DNA of 64,000 nucleotides from Orbicella franksi (Eukaryota): NCBI GenBank assembly GCA_964199315.1, contig OZ116706.1, positions 28,086,001 to 28,150,000 of the forward strand, read 5' to 3'. Shown piece by piece: positions 48,201 to 59,900 of this stretch (position 1 is its first letter; each line of letters starts with the position of its first letter). The notes under the pieces were generated by a model. It saw only the letters and a program-made list of their open reading frames with translations, ran no database searches and was not told where the DNA came from. The position numbers and the translations under genes were made by a program.

Positions 48201-51200
48201 TATAAGGTAGTCTCCAATGTCAGAACGGATACGAATCCACAGCAACGGTGGTAGTCTTCGAAATGGGGGCGTCCAGTACTGATAGACGTCATCGAGGACC
48301 TCGTCATCCAAGGACAGGATATCTTCTAACTCAGGCTCCGTCAGGCCATTTTTCGATGCAGTGATGTAAGCCAAAGCATGGCTAACCAGGATCTTCCCAT
48401 GGCGTCTCTCCACTTGATCAAAAAACCTATTGACAACGTTTTTCACACCGGCAGGCAGAACTGTTTCATTTGCTGGAGTGTACGACTTCCAACGACAAGC
48501 TTGATCAAAGGACAGCTTCAGGTACAAGGGCAATGGGCATTCCTCGAAGGCCTTCAACACCATTACCTTCTGAGCTGGGACCAACCTGCGCTGAGAGGAG
48601 CTGAGCCAGCTCTCTAAAATGACATCAGCTTCGTATGCGGGGATGGTAGGGATCTCTTTGAAACATCGGTCAGGAAAGATTGTCTGGAAGTATAAGCAAA
48701 CATTAGCGAATTATTTGAAAGTTGAAATGTGCAGGCTCCTTTTACATAAGTGTTACATGAGTACAACGTGCATTAATTATTGACGTCTGCTTGACTATCA
48801 ATGACAACGTATCTACCAGGCATTAAAGTACGGGAAAACCCATCAGAATCCGCCCGAGTGTCTCCTTTATGAAAGTTGTAGATATACATGAAATACCAGT
48901 ACGGGAAACACATTTTTACCTTTCTGTCGAAAGTACGGAGATCGAACACAATTTTGCCAAGATGGTGGAACGCTCATTTTGAAGTCTGAAATTATGGGAG
49001 GTCGGCGGTTCGTAAACAGGGTATATTGTCAAAACGGCACATTAATTAATTGTGGGACGTGGCTGAAAATGGCAATGCTAAAGAATGAGGATAAGCTTAC
49101 AGCCACAGAATGTGAACGATGACGACAATGGTAGAGGGCGTTACCCCAGGGCTATATCAAAACAAGAACTATTTGCTACCTTTAAATGTGGTAGGCACTC
49201 GTATTCAGCGCCAGGTAGGGTCGACATGATCAAGTAAAAGTCGTCTGGTATTTTTGCTGGTAACCAATCTAAACGTCTACCTCCTTCGTCAGCGGGAAGC
49301 TGGTCTAAAGAATCAAGCATCAGTACCACGGGACGAGACGAGCAGGCTTCCTCCAAACACTTTGGAAAGAACTCCAAGAGTTCCATTAGGTCCTGAAATG
49401 AATCGAGTAAGCACATCTTAGCAGACAAAATAATTATAAATAAGGTACGTCAAGAGGACACGTAGGTTTAGCATAAAAGGCCATCCATGTGTTTAATTAA
49501 TTTTATTCGTTAATGTGGCGACCAATGAATTGTCTCCGTTTTTGGAAAGTCGAGGGAAGATTTTTGAGGGAGAAAGGCCAGCAAAGCAAGTCTCCATGTA
49601 GATACTTCTGGGCCACCAAACGTAGTTACTGTCATGTAGAGGGATGTATTGCAAACCGACATATTTGTGAACTTACCTCAGGTATTTCTGAGCTGTCGTT
49701 TTCTGACACCTTATATAACTGTTGGCAGACGCTTCTCAGCAACAATCTGACACTGGATGACTCCGGGGACGTACCAATGAATCTCAACACCACGATAACT
49801 GACTCATCCTCCAGCCACTTCTTGATCTCCACTGCTATTTTGGCCATGACTGATGTCTTTCCGCAACCCGATTCTCCGTAAAGTATGACCACCCGTTGGT
49901 TCCGATAGTCCAGTAAGGATTTTTTCACCGACTGTAGAAACTCGTCTCGCCCTTGACAAGCTAACCCTTTCTTTTGACAGAAGAGCGCATGTTGTAATAT
50001 CTCCTCGACTAGTGAATCTTCCTTCTCGCTAGCTTCCTTCTCTTTGATTGCTTCTTGAATCATGTCTGCTAAAACATTATAGACGTCGGTGCAAAGCTTT
50101 TCAAGATATTGAGCATGCTCAATAGATGCGTCTGGATTGATGCCGTCATTGGTCCACTGAACATTGTATTGCACCACATTTTTTGCTGATAATACAGCTG
50201 GTAGCTCTTTTTCTCTCAAGCTGCTAAGTAGCTTCTGAGCAGACTCATCTAAAGCTGAGTCGTCCCCATAGGTCTTGTCCAAGAACTTGCCTGCATTACG
50301 ATTGTCGACATTTTGGATTAGATCTGTAATCACTCGTTTGAACCAAAAGCAGTGTTTTTCTGGTGCAGTGGCTGAAATTATGCCACGGCGAATCTCGTCT
50401 TCTGTCACTAGAAAATTAAATTTAAGTGTATGTCATTTTAAAGATAATTTTACTAATAGCTTGAAATGAATTTGCATCATTTTTTCCAGAGAAACAATAC
50501 CTGACATATAATACTTATGTCGGTCGACCTCCTCCAATGCAGCGTAAGCGGCTGCCCTCAAAACAACTTGCATTCTCTCAAACGCCGTCCACCAATCAAC
50601 AGACGCCTTCTTACGTAAGTCCTGGTTCGTATAGTCACGATAATGAGGTAACAGTGATGTGATTGGCTGCAGCAGATATTGAGCGGGAACAGCATTGTCA
50701 TCTCTCCAAAACCAATTTTTTAGCAGTTGGAGGTCATCTGGGTTGTCAACTGCTCCAAGGAGCTCCTCAAACTCAGTTGTTGAAATGTTAACCGGAAAGG
50801 GACGGTAGCCATATTTTTGCCCTAAGAAGGTCTGAAAGTAAAATGATGACGTTAGTTATTATGAAATAAAGACACGATTTTGCTTTTATGTTGAACTCAC
50901 AATGAAGTTGGGTCCAGTTGACAACTTCTGACATGCGCGGAGCTCCCTCATACAGAGCTCAGTGGTCATGTGATCATCAGTGGACTCGTCTCGGACTCCC
51001 CATCTCATGTCGACCACTTGAAAATCATAGCCTCTCTCTTGACAGAAGGACTTGAGCCTGGGGTACACTCGTTCCATCAATGTGTTACGCTCCACAAAGG
51101 TATCTAAACCAAAGATATGGAGAACATTTTTAATTGCAACCGAATTGTCAGGCTCTTGCAAACATCGATTTCGAAACAAAATTCTCAAAGCAATTCCTAA

Positions 51201-51861
51201 AACAAGTAGTCCACTTCGTTAACGAGGGTTAAATGCAAAGCTAGTGTTCTAATGGTTACCTCAAGGAAGTCACCCCATGGGGTATTCTACATGCATGTTA
51301 ATTCCGCTCAGGTCCGTGTTCTGAAAGTATGTACAACCCTGTCTAGTACATTGTGTCGAGCTTAATACATGAAATATCTGAAAACTTGTTCAATGACCAT
51401 ATTATACCTGTGAATGTTGAACTTGTAAATATCCTGACAATCTTAACATTGTCGGATACTTTAACATCCAAGTCTTCCAAGAACACTTTCTTCCAAGCGC
51501 TGTTGAACTCATCAACTTCGGTTGTGTCATCCGTTGTTTTTGCTTCACTTTTTACCACTGTATCTGAAACGTCCTTTGCACTCTCACTGGACTTTACGGA
51601 AGACGATTCCGAAGAGTTGCGCTCATTAGATTCAGTTTCATGAAATCCTTCGTCATTTGTGCGAGTCTCGGAGTCGCTTTCATCACTCGCCTCTGACTTT
51701 TCTTCAGGTTCTGATTCCTTCTCGTTGTCATTTGACCTGAGGGCGTCTTCCTGAGTTCCAGTACTGGGTTCGTGGTTGTCAGGCTGCGACTGTGGCAAGG
51801 GCTCAGGTCGGGGTGGCTGGGAAATTTCCCTTCTCCTTTTTCTTGAAACAATAATGCCCAT
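45231..51861 (-). CDS. NWD1-like: NACHT and WD40 domain protein, paralogue C (~1794 aa), same architecture plus a C-terminal extension
   Basis: Six exons: 51408-51861 (MGIIVSRKRRR...IFTSSTFT), 50901-51103, 50501-50831, 49677-50407 (GESGCGKT), 49180-49392 (VVLMLDSLDQL), 45231-48683. Total 5385 nt, open frame. Confidence 0.9.
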
Positions 51862-52386
51862 GCTTCCTTCAAGTTTGATCATCACGGAAATTTTAAGGAA
51901 AAACAAGAGGAAATAGGATTTAAATCTGGAGTAATTAATCACTTGTTTTTGTGTGGGATATAGCGGGTTTCAATTGAGTGTCGAAAGTAATCAGGTAATA
52001 ATAACTTTGGTTTTGGTTTTGGTTTACTACGGTTTAAGACTGGCTGAGTCGTCTAATTGGTAAGTAACTCAGGGGTTTGGTTTTGGTTTTACGACACGTT
52101 ACTCAATTGAAAACCGCTCTAGGAGGGACGATTTCTATAACGACTTATGAAGCACAATTAAAGTATTTAAAAAGCTAACTGATCTCCAGTCTCCTTGCAG
52201 TCCTGTGCTGTTGTAAAACAACAATTTAGTCAATACTCTCCGCAATAATGGGAAGTTGGAATGCCTAACTGTCCTAACTGAATAACAGTGAATAAGTACA
52301 GTACTGAGCTGTGTTTACGGAAACTCTACTTTCCGAGGGTAGATTCTCCTTGGCTATTAACAACTGTTATGCAGAGGTTGTAGACT

Positions 52387-52802
52387 CCCCAGGGGTACTC
52401 TACAAAGTTTTATACGGGGAGACTCCGCCCCGACGTCCAACCCCTTACCCTTTTGTATACCATTTTCAAAAGAAAGCTGACCCTTTCATAGAGCTGTAAT
52501 TGAAAAGAGGTACCCCTCTCACATGCTTTGATAACTGGTCCGCATTATGATGAAACCGAAATCGTCTTGTCATTTTCAAGTAGTGCAAGATAAATGAAAT
52601 GATACAGCCATAAGGTGCGTCTGTTTGAAACATTTTAATTAAAGTCCCTTTTATATATCTCAGAATGACAGATTTTCCTTTCTTTCATATACCTCAACTT
52701 GTAAAATCCCTACCCTTTCATGTACCTGAAACCTGAAAAAGGTACCCACTTCGGGCGGGACCTCCCCGTATAGGGCATTATCGGCAGTAACTGCCCCCGG
52801 GG
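52387..52802. mobile_element. MITE with CCCC/GGGG termini and a 6-bp flanking direct repeat
   Basis: tagact|ccccaggggtactc ... ctgcccccgggg|tagact. A decayed related copy in opposite orientation lies at ~31150-31490. Confidence 0.6.
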
Positions 52803-53235
52803 TAGACTCCGCGGAAATCGTATGCTTATTTAATCAGTGTATGGTCAGTGTGCGTGACCGTTAATAAATGTGATTTACTCAATGTCTTAACACAATTTGC
52901 ATAGCGGCTGGCCTCGAGTGCCAGAGAGCAAACAATAAAGAAGTTATGCTATCCTGATTAACAAGCTGTAGTTAAAGAATGACGTGCAACCTGCCTAAAG
53001 AATCAAATATTAGAGGTGCAGAATGTCAATTTAATTTAGAAAAGAATAAAAAATCATGTACGTGTTTTATTATCACACGGTTTAGCATTCCTTATTCGCT
53101 GATATGTACACAAGGAATAATTATAACTTAATTTCAGGTACAAAGCTTGTTATAAATCTAATATAAGAGGGTTAAACTCATTAAAAACTAGTAAAAAAAA
53201 CTTCGGGGGTAATTTTTTTACGAGTATAAATCATA

Positions 53236-53283
53236 ATGTGAAGAATATATGAAATGATTCATATTTGAACTGCGGTTGTAGAT

Positions 53284-53314
<31 letters not shown>

Positions 53315-53449
53315 TCCAATTGCTTAAATTATGAACTCAATTAATTGACCTCGCTCCCAATGCGTGGCTTCATAGCTCAGTTGGTAGAGCATCGCATCTA
53401 CAACAGCAGTTCAAATATGAATTATTTCATCGCACCCGTATCGCGGAGG

Positions 53450-53480
<31 letters not shown>

Positions 53481-53549
53481 TTTTCTTAAGGCTTCCTCTT
53501 TCCAGTTGCTTAAATTGGAAAATTTACTGCGATGATCATTCTTCACTTT
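53236..53549 (+). mobile_element. tRNA-derived retroposon-like element with inverted flanks and an 11-bp flanking direct repeat
   Basis: tRNA-like core 53366-53475 (ggcttca/tgaagcc stem, A box tagctcagttggtagagc, B box ggttcgaatcc). It is flanked by inverted aagtgaagaatgatcatcgcagtaaattttccaatt arms; tataaatcata lies at 53225-53235 and 53550-53560. Confidence 0.65.
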
Positions 53550-55705
53550 TATAAATCATACATTGGCTTAAACTGCAGGCGCTTGGTACGAACGTTTCCG
53601 TAACTAATTCAAATTATTTTCCTAATGCAGATCGAGAAAGTCTGGGGTCTTAGTTTCTATACAGTAAAACAGTTTATCGAAATTAGATAGCTCGGGTTCC
53701 CTCTTGAGGTTATTCGATAAATTTGACTGACCTGATTAATGTCAATAAACACACTAGTCTTTTATCGGCTCGGCGTTATGCCCAGTCAAACCAAAATTTA
53801 ACAAAATTTAACAAGAATGTTAAATATTACTGGCAATTTGTCAGCGACAATCGCCAAAGTGTTGCAGCAGAATACTTTACTGATAACTGTTAGTTATTTG
53901 TACTCCACTATCCACTAGCCTTGTGTACATCTCAATACATTATTCTTAGCCAACTTTTGGGCTTAATATTTTTAAAATATTTTTCTGTACATGCTTCAGT
54001 TAACTCTTATGTTCGGGTTAAAAATTAAATATGCAATATTCCATAACGATTTTTACTTGAGCCAGTATCCAATATTCATGACACGTATTCCCCTTCAACC
54101 AACGATACGACAAGCGCCAACATGTCAGCCAGCTGTTGATTCTGTTTACTTTTATCCCCAGATCGTTTAATAAAATCCATCAGAAAAATGGAAAAATATT
54201 TACACGTTCACAGCTATCACGAAACTACTCTCTTGTACGGCTAACGCGAGATCTTTGCCATTAGCGAGAATAACAACCGTGATCATACGAAAGTCTATCA
54301 CTTTCTGCAGGAGCATAATTTGCGGCGAGGTATATAATCTTTTTTACTTTCGTCGTTAAAGCCTGTACTTACTTGGTATCCACACAACCACTATACCAGA
54401 GCCACTTCATCTGCCATAGGTTCCATTGTCGCCGCGTGCTGTAGTTAAGTTGTAAGCGGTTAATAACTAACTGAATTATCAGATTAAATTTACAGTATCG
54501 CCAAGACGACACTGAGAGAAACTGTGAACGCGCCACGCGAACGCAAGACAAAATTCGCAAGACTTGATGGTCGAATTCTGTTTAACACAGATATCATAAC
54601 TGTCAAGGATATTTAGCTTTGGTTAATTACCTGGCAACCTGTATCTGATCCAGTCCACAACTGCGTTTTCGAAATGGAATGCGGACAAAACATATTATGC
54701 AAGAGTAACGCTTTACAAAGGGGCACTAACGTTTGACTTACGCAAATTAAAATTTGTTAAAAGCCCCTTTTATTTAAAGCCTTTAGGACTGCCGTAGGAA
54801 ACACGCAAGTTTTGTCACGCTAGAGAGCCTTACAATTGACATTTAAATAAATTTTCTAGACTGCTCAGTCAAGCTTAGTGAATTATGGATAACTGGAAAT
54901 TCATTTTTACATCTTTCAGCCCCGAATGCAAGTTCTGCTTTTTTCATCTAAGAACTAAGTCACGTGACGTCAGGTCGTTAATTACCCGTGATATAAAAAC
55001 TGAAGGAAGTCGAAATAATCAGAATGTTGTTTGCTAAAGAGAGCATTCTAAAGCAAAAAGGAACAAGCATGATTGAGACTGAAGACTAGACTGAGACAAA
55101 TTTATAATGTCCTAGCTTACCATTTCAGCCATTTGGACTTCCAGGGTTATGAAGAAGGCTCACAGCTGGAATTGTAACCATGCACTCGGGATAAACTTGA
55201 GCTGAAAACTGCAAACCCAATGGATTCTAGCCTAACCGTTCGTTAAGCCCCCAAATAAAACTTGTCTCAGACTCAGTGAATTCTTCTTTTTGCACCCTTG
55301 ACTCATACTATTTCATAGTCAAACCCAGGAGTGAAACGAGAGAGACACTCTCTTCTCCGACCTGGGTTCAACCCCTTTACATTTACCAGAAGAATGATTT
55401 ACTGAGTAAAAAGAGGCCAAGTCGGCCAGTGGAATCGTATTTGGGGCTGAACGACTTGCATTCGATTCTTAGCAGCAAGATTTCAATATATTCTCTGATT
55501 TCAATTAATTCGATCCTTAATTAAGTTTTTTTAAGGGATACCACCAAATGTGATATGTTAAGTATCGAATTAATTGAAATTAAGAGAATCAAGAGAAAAT
55601 AAGAATACATTGAAATCGCTGCCACGTCACTGGTTTGGCGGAGCGCACGATTTTTCCGCCAAACTTCACCTCCCCCCACCCCGCGCAAATACTACTATTA
55701 ATACC

Positions 55706-55749
<44 letters not shown>
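55706..55749. repeat. (AAT)n microsatellite; further AAT/AAC-rich tracts at ~56045-56215 and ~58350-58465
   Basis: Directly visible. Confidence 0.9.
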
Positions 55750-56040
55750 GCCATGCACATGCACATCCTTTGGGTGCAGCCGCCTTTAAATTCCCAGGTC
55801 AAACATCTTAATTTATGCCTTTCATACTTATTATTCTCCTTTCTTAGCTTAAATAGTTTTACCTTTTTTTGGTTCGCGCCTTCATCCTTAATTATTCTTG
55901 TTAATATCTCACTTTGTTATACTATTTAATGCATATTCTTTTTATATTTTTTCACTGCACAACTGACGATGGATGATGTCTCATCCGAAACATGTATTGT
56001 TTTCATTAAATAATAAACTTCAAAACCATTATGTGACTAA
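55750..56040 (+). mobile_element. 5'-truncated Penelope-like retroelement fragment (end of GIY-YIG ORF plus terminal repeat region)
   Basis: Translation from 55750 gives AMHMHILWVQPPLNSQVKHLNLCLSY, resembling the C-terminus of Penelope GIY-YIG endonucleases. It is followed by a T-rich tract and a hammerhead core, and is embedded in AAT repeats. Confidence 0.6.
55959..56000 (+). ncRNA. Minimal type I hammerhead ribozyme
   Basis: acaa-CTGACGA-t-GGATGA(tgtc)TCATCC-GAA-ACATGT-A-ttgt: conserved core, perfect 6-bp stem II, palindromic stem III and 4-bp stem I. Predicted cleavage is after GUA at 55996. Confidence 0.7.
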
Positions 56041-56397
56041 TCAAAACAACAACAACAACAACAACAATAATGATAATAATAATAATAATAATAATAACTA
56101 AATAATGATGATAATGATAATTTTTTAAATAATAATATTTTAATTTAATAATAATAACAATAACTTTATTACAAATCATCGAATAGTTACAAAACAATAA
56201 ATTATTGCAAAAATTATTAAAGTTAAGAACTATGAGAAGACTGTATAATCCTTTGTTATAAATGACATGAGAAGAAAACCAAAATAATGGCTCAGCTTCC
56301 AGAAAATGTGATAAAAACTAGGCTAAAAAAGCTTGCTTTATAAGCTTTATAAACATCGCATTAAGCATAAATAATGTCTACAAAATAATAACTACAA

Positions 56398-56534
56398 NNN
56401 NNNNNNNNNNNNNNNNNNNNNNNNNNNNNNNNNNNNNNNNNNNNNNNNNNNNNNNNNNNNNNNNNNNNNNNNNNNNNNNNNNNNNNNNNNNNNNNNNNNN
56501 NNNNNNNNNNNNNNNNNNNNNNNNNNNNNNNNNN
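56398..56534. other. Assembly gap (137 N)
   Basis: Run of N. Confidence 1.
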
Positions 56535-57615
56535 TATTCCGATCGAGTAAACTGTATTCTTTTCGTTCTGCTATCGGGAGCAGAGAAAACGGAAAAATAA
56601 TCTGTTCATTCCAAAAACGGAATAATACCTAAACGAACGCAAACACCGTCTATTTCGAGTATTCCATTCTGTAATACTCCTAAAAGAGCGCACCCGAAAC
56701 TAATATTGTAAAGAATGTGTTAAGGAGTGAACTCCATGGCCTCAAAATGAAGATTACGTCTCTGGCCAACGTGGAGAGATAGTTCTTTCCGGCTTTAGTC
56801 TCACCTATCTATTTTTAGCGGAATAGAAAAAAAAAAAAAAAAAAGGTGAGGGTTGGGGAAGAAAACGGATGCCCTTTGAAGTTAAAAGGTAATTTCCAAA
56901 AGCATTTTTCGAGGGAATAAATACTGAGGGTTGTATGAAGAGGGAAAAGCACCCCGGGGACGAGGTTGTGAAATACATTTTGTTGTGAAACAAGGATTTA
57001 AAAGAAAACGAGGCATATCTGACACTCATAATACTTTAATGATCATAAGAAAAGTTTAACACTCGTTTTACCGGGTAAACAATTGTAAATGTGTATATCA
57101 TTCACTGAATTCTGTTAATGCAGTTTAATCCGTCCAAAAGGGAAATTAGACTACCGCTATTGTTGGAGCCTACATTGTACCAAAAGAGCAAGGAAATGGA
57201 GATTCGTGTAAATCGAAGGACACCTTATCGACACGCTATCGAACTCTTATTAGGTTAAAATCAATTACCCCTCTGTGGGTGAGAAGTAACATTTGTTTAT
57301 GCTGTCTACTAGGATCAGTTTGTGCTCTGATCTTCCTTAGATTTTCGTATCATTTCTAAAAAGCCACAATCAATTCTTGACATCACTATTATTGCTATCT
57401 TATCGTATATCTAATGTAATTCGCAAGTTCTTTGCATGGGTTATTTCACTCCTCTCTTGAGCTACTATCCAGCTTATATATTACCTTAAGCATGCGTTAC
57501 TGACGCTGATGGATGAACTACGTAGAACTTGGAACACACACTCCAACAACTGAAGGGGGTTGCCAGGTTCACAGATCACTTAAAGCACACAGGGGTTTTT
57601 TTAAGCTCTTGATGA

Positions 57616-59273
57616 CTATATGGCGGAATTTTTGGGATTGTAAGTCTGCAGTTTCGCTGCTGTCGTTATCCCCCACCAATTGGTGACTGTTTCTGTGTCC
57701 TGAAGATTATTGATGTCTGATCGCCTGTGCAGCTTGCCATCTTTAACTTGAAACAACGGAGAGTTGTTTTTTTCTTCCTGGTCAACAAACGGTATCAGAT
57801 CGGTCACCTCAGCAGGGTCAAGAGTCTGGTTGGGATTTTTGTAGGCCTCGTACACCTGGTCACTGGATTTCGCAACAGCCTCTTGTGCAATCTTAAAATT
57901 ACTTCCGCTCTCTTTTTTCCGCAGCATGCCGTCGCCATATGAAATCCACTTGTCTCCCCTCTTGTTTTGGACACGCAGACCATGCTTGTTGTCCTCATCG
58001 TGCATGTACTTACAGAGCAAGTGGCCAACTTTCCCCACCAGAGTCGCCTTTCCCAACTCAACTCGTGGCGTTCTACAAACAAAGAAAGTTTTACAGTGGT
58101 TTTTGAAGATCAAAATTTGATTCAAGCAAACGACTTGACTGGTTCTTGGAGAGGATACAGCTTAAAACAACGTACAAAGTAAATATTGCTGCCAAAGAAA
58201 TGTTTAAAGTGAAAATAACCAACTAAGAACTAATGACACCACTTAATAATTAGTCATAACAAGTATGAAAATCGAAGCGGAAAGTATAAACTATATAAGA
58301 TAAAAAGTAAGTGGTAAGAAGTAACACTCCATCATTCAAGTTTAATTTTATAATAATAATAGTAATAATAATAATGATAGTAATAATAACAATAATTATA
58401 ATAACAACTATTAATAATTAATTAATTAATTTGTACTAGTTAGTTAATTAATTAATTTATTTATTTATCAGTTCATGAAGGAACAGAAGCGAATTCCCGC
58501 TTCTGTCAAGGAACAAACTATATTGCTGAAACCGTTTATTACAAACGGCGCTGTTTACCTTATGTGACCACTGGCAAAACTATCAGTGAGGAAATGGCAG
58601 GAAAACGCCTCCAACGAAAATGCTTCATGAAGAAGCATCTTGGGCTCGTCTTTATCATCCCCGCTATAGCTACCAGCCTCCCTCGCTTTGTCAATCGCTA
58701 GCTGATGACCAGTTAGGTACGCGTCTTTTGCATGAGGAAGGAAATGATCGTGGTTGTTTTCAGCCAATTTCATCATCCTGCCTAGTTTGATTGGTACACC
58801 AGCAATCCATACACCGCCAGTAATTTTGTCCCATATGCTTGCATCAACTGCCGCACCAGCCTCGCGTTCTTTCTCTAACGTGGCCAACAGCTTGTCTAAC
58901 TCATTCTGTGACTCCTTCTTCGGTGTGCGTGCCAGGGTGTTGTAGGCGTCTCTGAAACGCTGGTGCCTACCAGAATCCTCTTGGTCAACATTGTTGAAAG
59001 CCGGATCGATAATTGGTTGATTCGGTAAACCATAGAAATCTCCGCTATGATTTCTTCAAACTTAATTTCTACACCATTTCGAAGCGTAAGGAGTTTTAGT
59101 TCCTCCATCTTTATATTTATCTTGCCAAGCTCCAGATGCTCATATGCTTCAAATCCTCGAAATATTTCACGTGCATCAAATCCATCATGATCAAACAATC
59201 TGGTTGTCTGATCGTCCAGACGTGCAACCAAGATCAGCCGTACTGGATGCCGCAAACGATTAACGGAACACAT
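57616..59273 (-). pseudogene. Bacterial-type Zn-dependent phospholipase C-like gene (Pseudomonas fluorescens/Legionella PlcA-PlcB family), two exons, with a -1 frameshift (pseudogene or sequence error)
   Basis: Exons 58559-59273 and 57616-58072, GT-AG intron in phase 2. Motifs: FEAYEH, LRNGVEIKFEEIIA/GDFYG, NHDHF, EAFSCHFLTDSFASGHIRTPR, MHDEDNKHGLRVQNKRGDKWISYGDG. The frame changes at 59044-59045 (ATA GC GGA GAT); about 390 aa if corrected. Family assignment is from recalled motifs, not a database search. Confidence 0.7.
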
Positions 59274-59354
59274 TTTAGTGACGTGGGTTTGACCTCAACC
59301 TATGAAGACATTATTCCTGTTAGATTAAATTTGATCAGACTGCCTTTAGCTTAA

Positions 59355-59900
59355 AGTGCCACTATGATGAAATTTTCGATATCCATTTCCTTATATTTTC
59401 GTACACAATAGCTCTTTCCTAGATATCTTGCCAAATTTCAATCTATTACGAACATTACACCTCGCGGTTTTTGGACCTTTATTTTCGAGAATTTACGGCC
59501 GCCATTAATTTTCCTTGTTCCAGGTCTTGGTTGAGAGTTTGAGAAAATGATGTCATTTTCTCAAAAATAGCACACGGGTGGAAATTATAATAACAATTAA
59601 TGTAGAAAATTGCACGAATATATGAACGAAAGTTTTTGTTATTTTTTATGCGAATTGCTGTGTTAAATTGTTATCATAATTTCAACCCGTGTGGTATTTT
59701 TGAGAAAATGACGTCATTTTCTCCAATTTTGAAACAAGGAAAATTAAAGGCGGCCGTAAATTCTCGGAAATAAAAGTCCAAAAAACGTGAGTTGTAATGT
59801 TCGTAATGGATTGAAATTTGGCAAGAAATCTAGAAAGACCTATTCTGTACGAAAACGTAAAAAAATGGATATCGATAATTTGATCATAGTGATAGTCTTT
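59355..59900. mobile_element. Almost fully palindromic MITE with a TTAA-AG left end (Kolobok-like)
   Basis: ttaa|agtgccactatgat... with long arms matching in inverse (gccaaatttcaatc..attacgaacattaca / tgtaatgttcgtaatggattgaaatttggc; tttacggccgcc / ggcggccgtaaa). The right terminus is decayed. Confidence 0.65.

Noticed and set aside
53366-53475. Possible intron-containing tRNA gene
   Set aside because: The insert is an inverted copy of the host repeat's terminus, no clean anticodon arm forms, and the core is embedded in a repeat with flanking direct repeats.
54372-54440. Candidate 5'UTR exon of paralogue C with a short uORF (MEPMADEVALV*)
   Set aside because: Only a single gtaagt donor supports it; it cannot be distinguished from chance without transcript data.
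57616-59273. Bacterial contamination explaining the PLC-like gene
   Set aside because: It has a canonical spliceosomal intron with AAT-rich sequence and is flanked by host MITE families.
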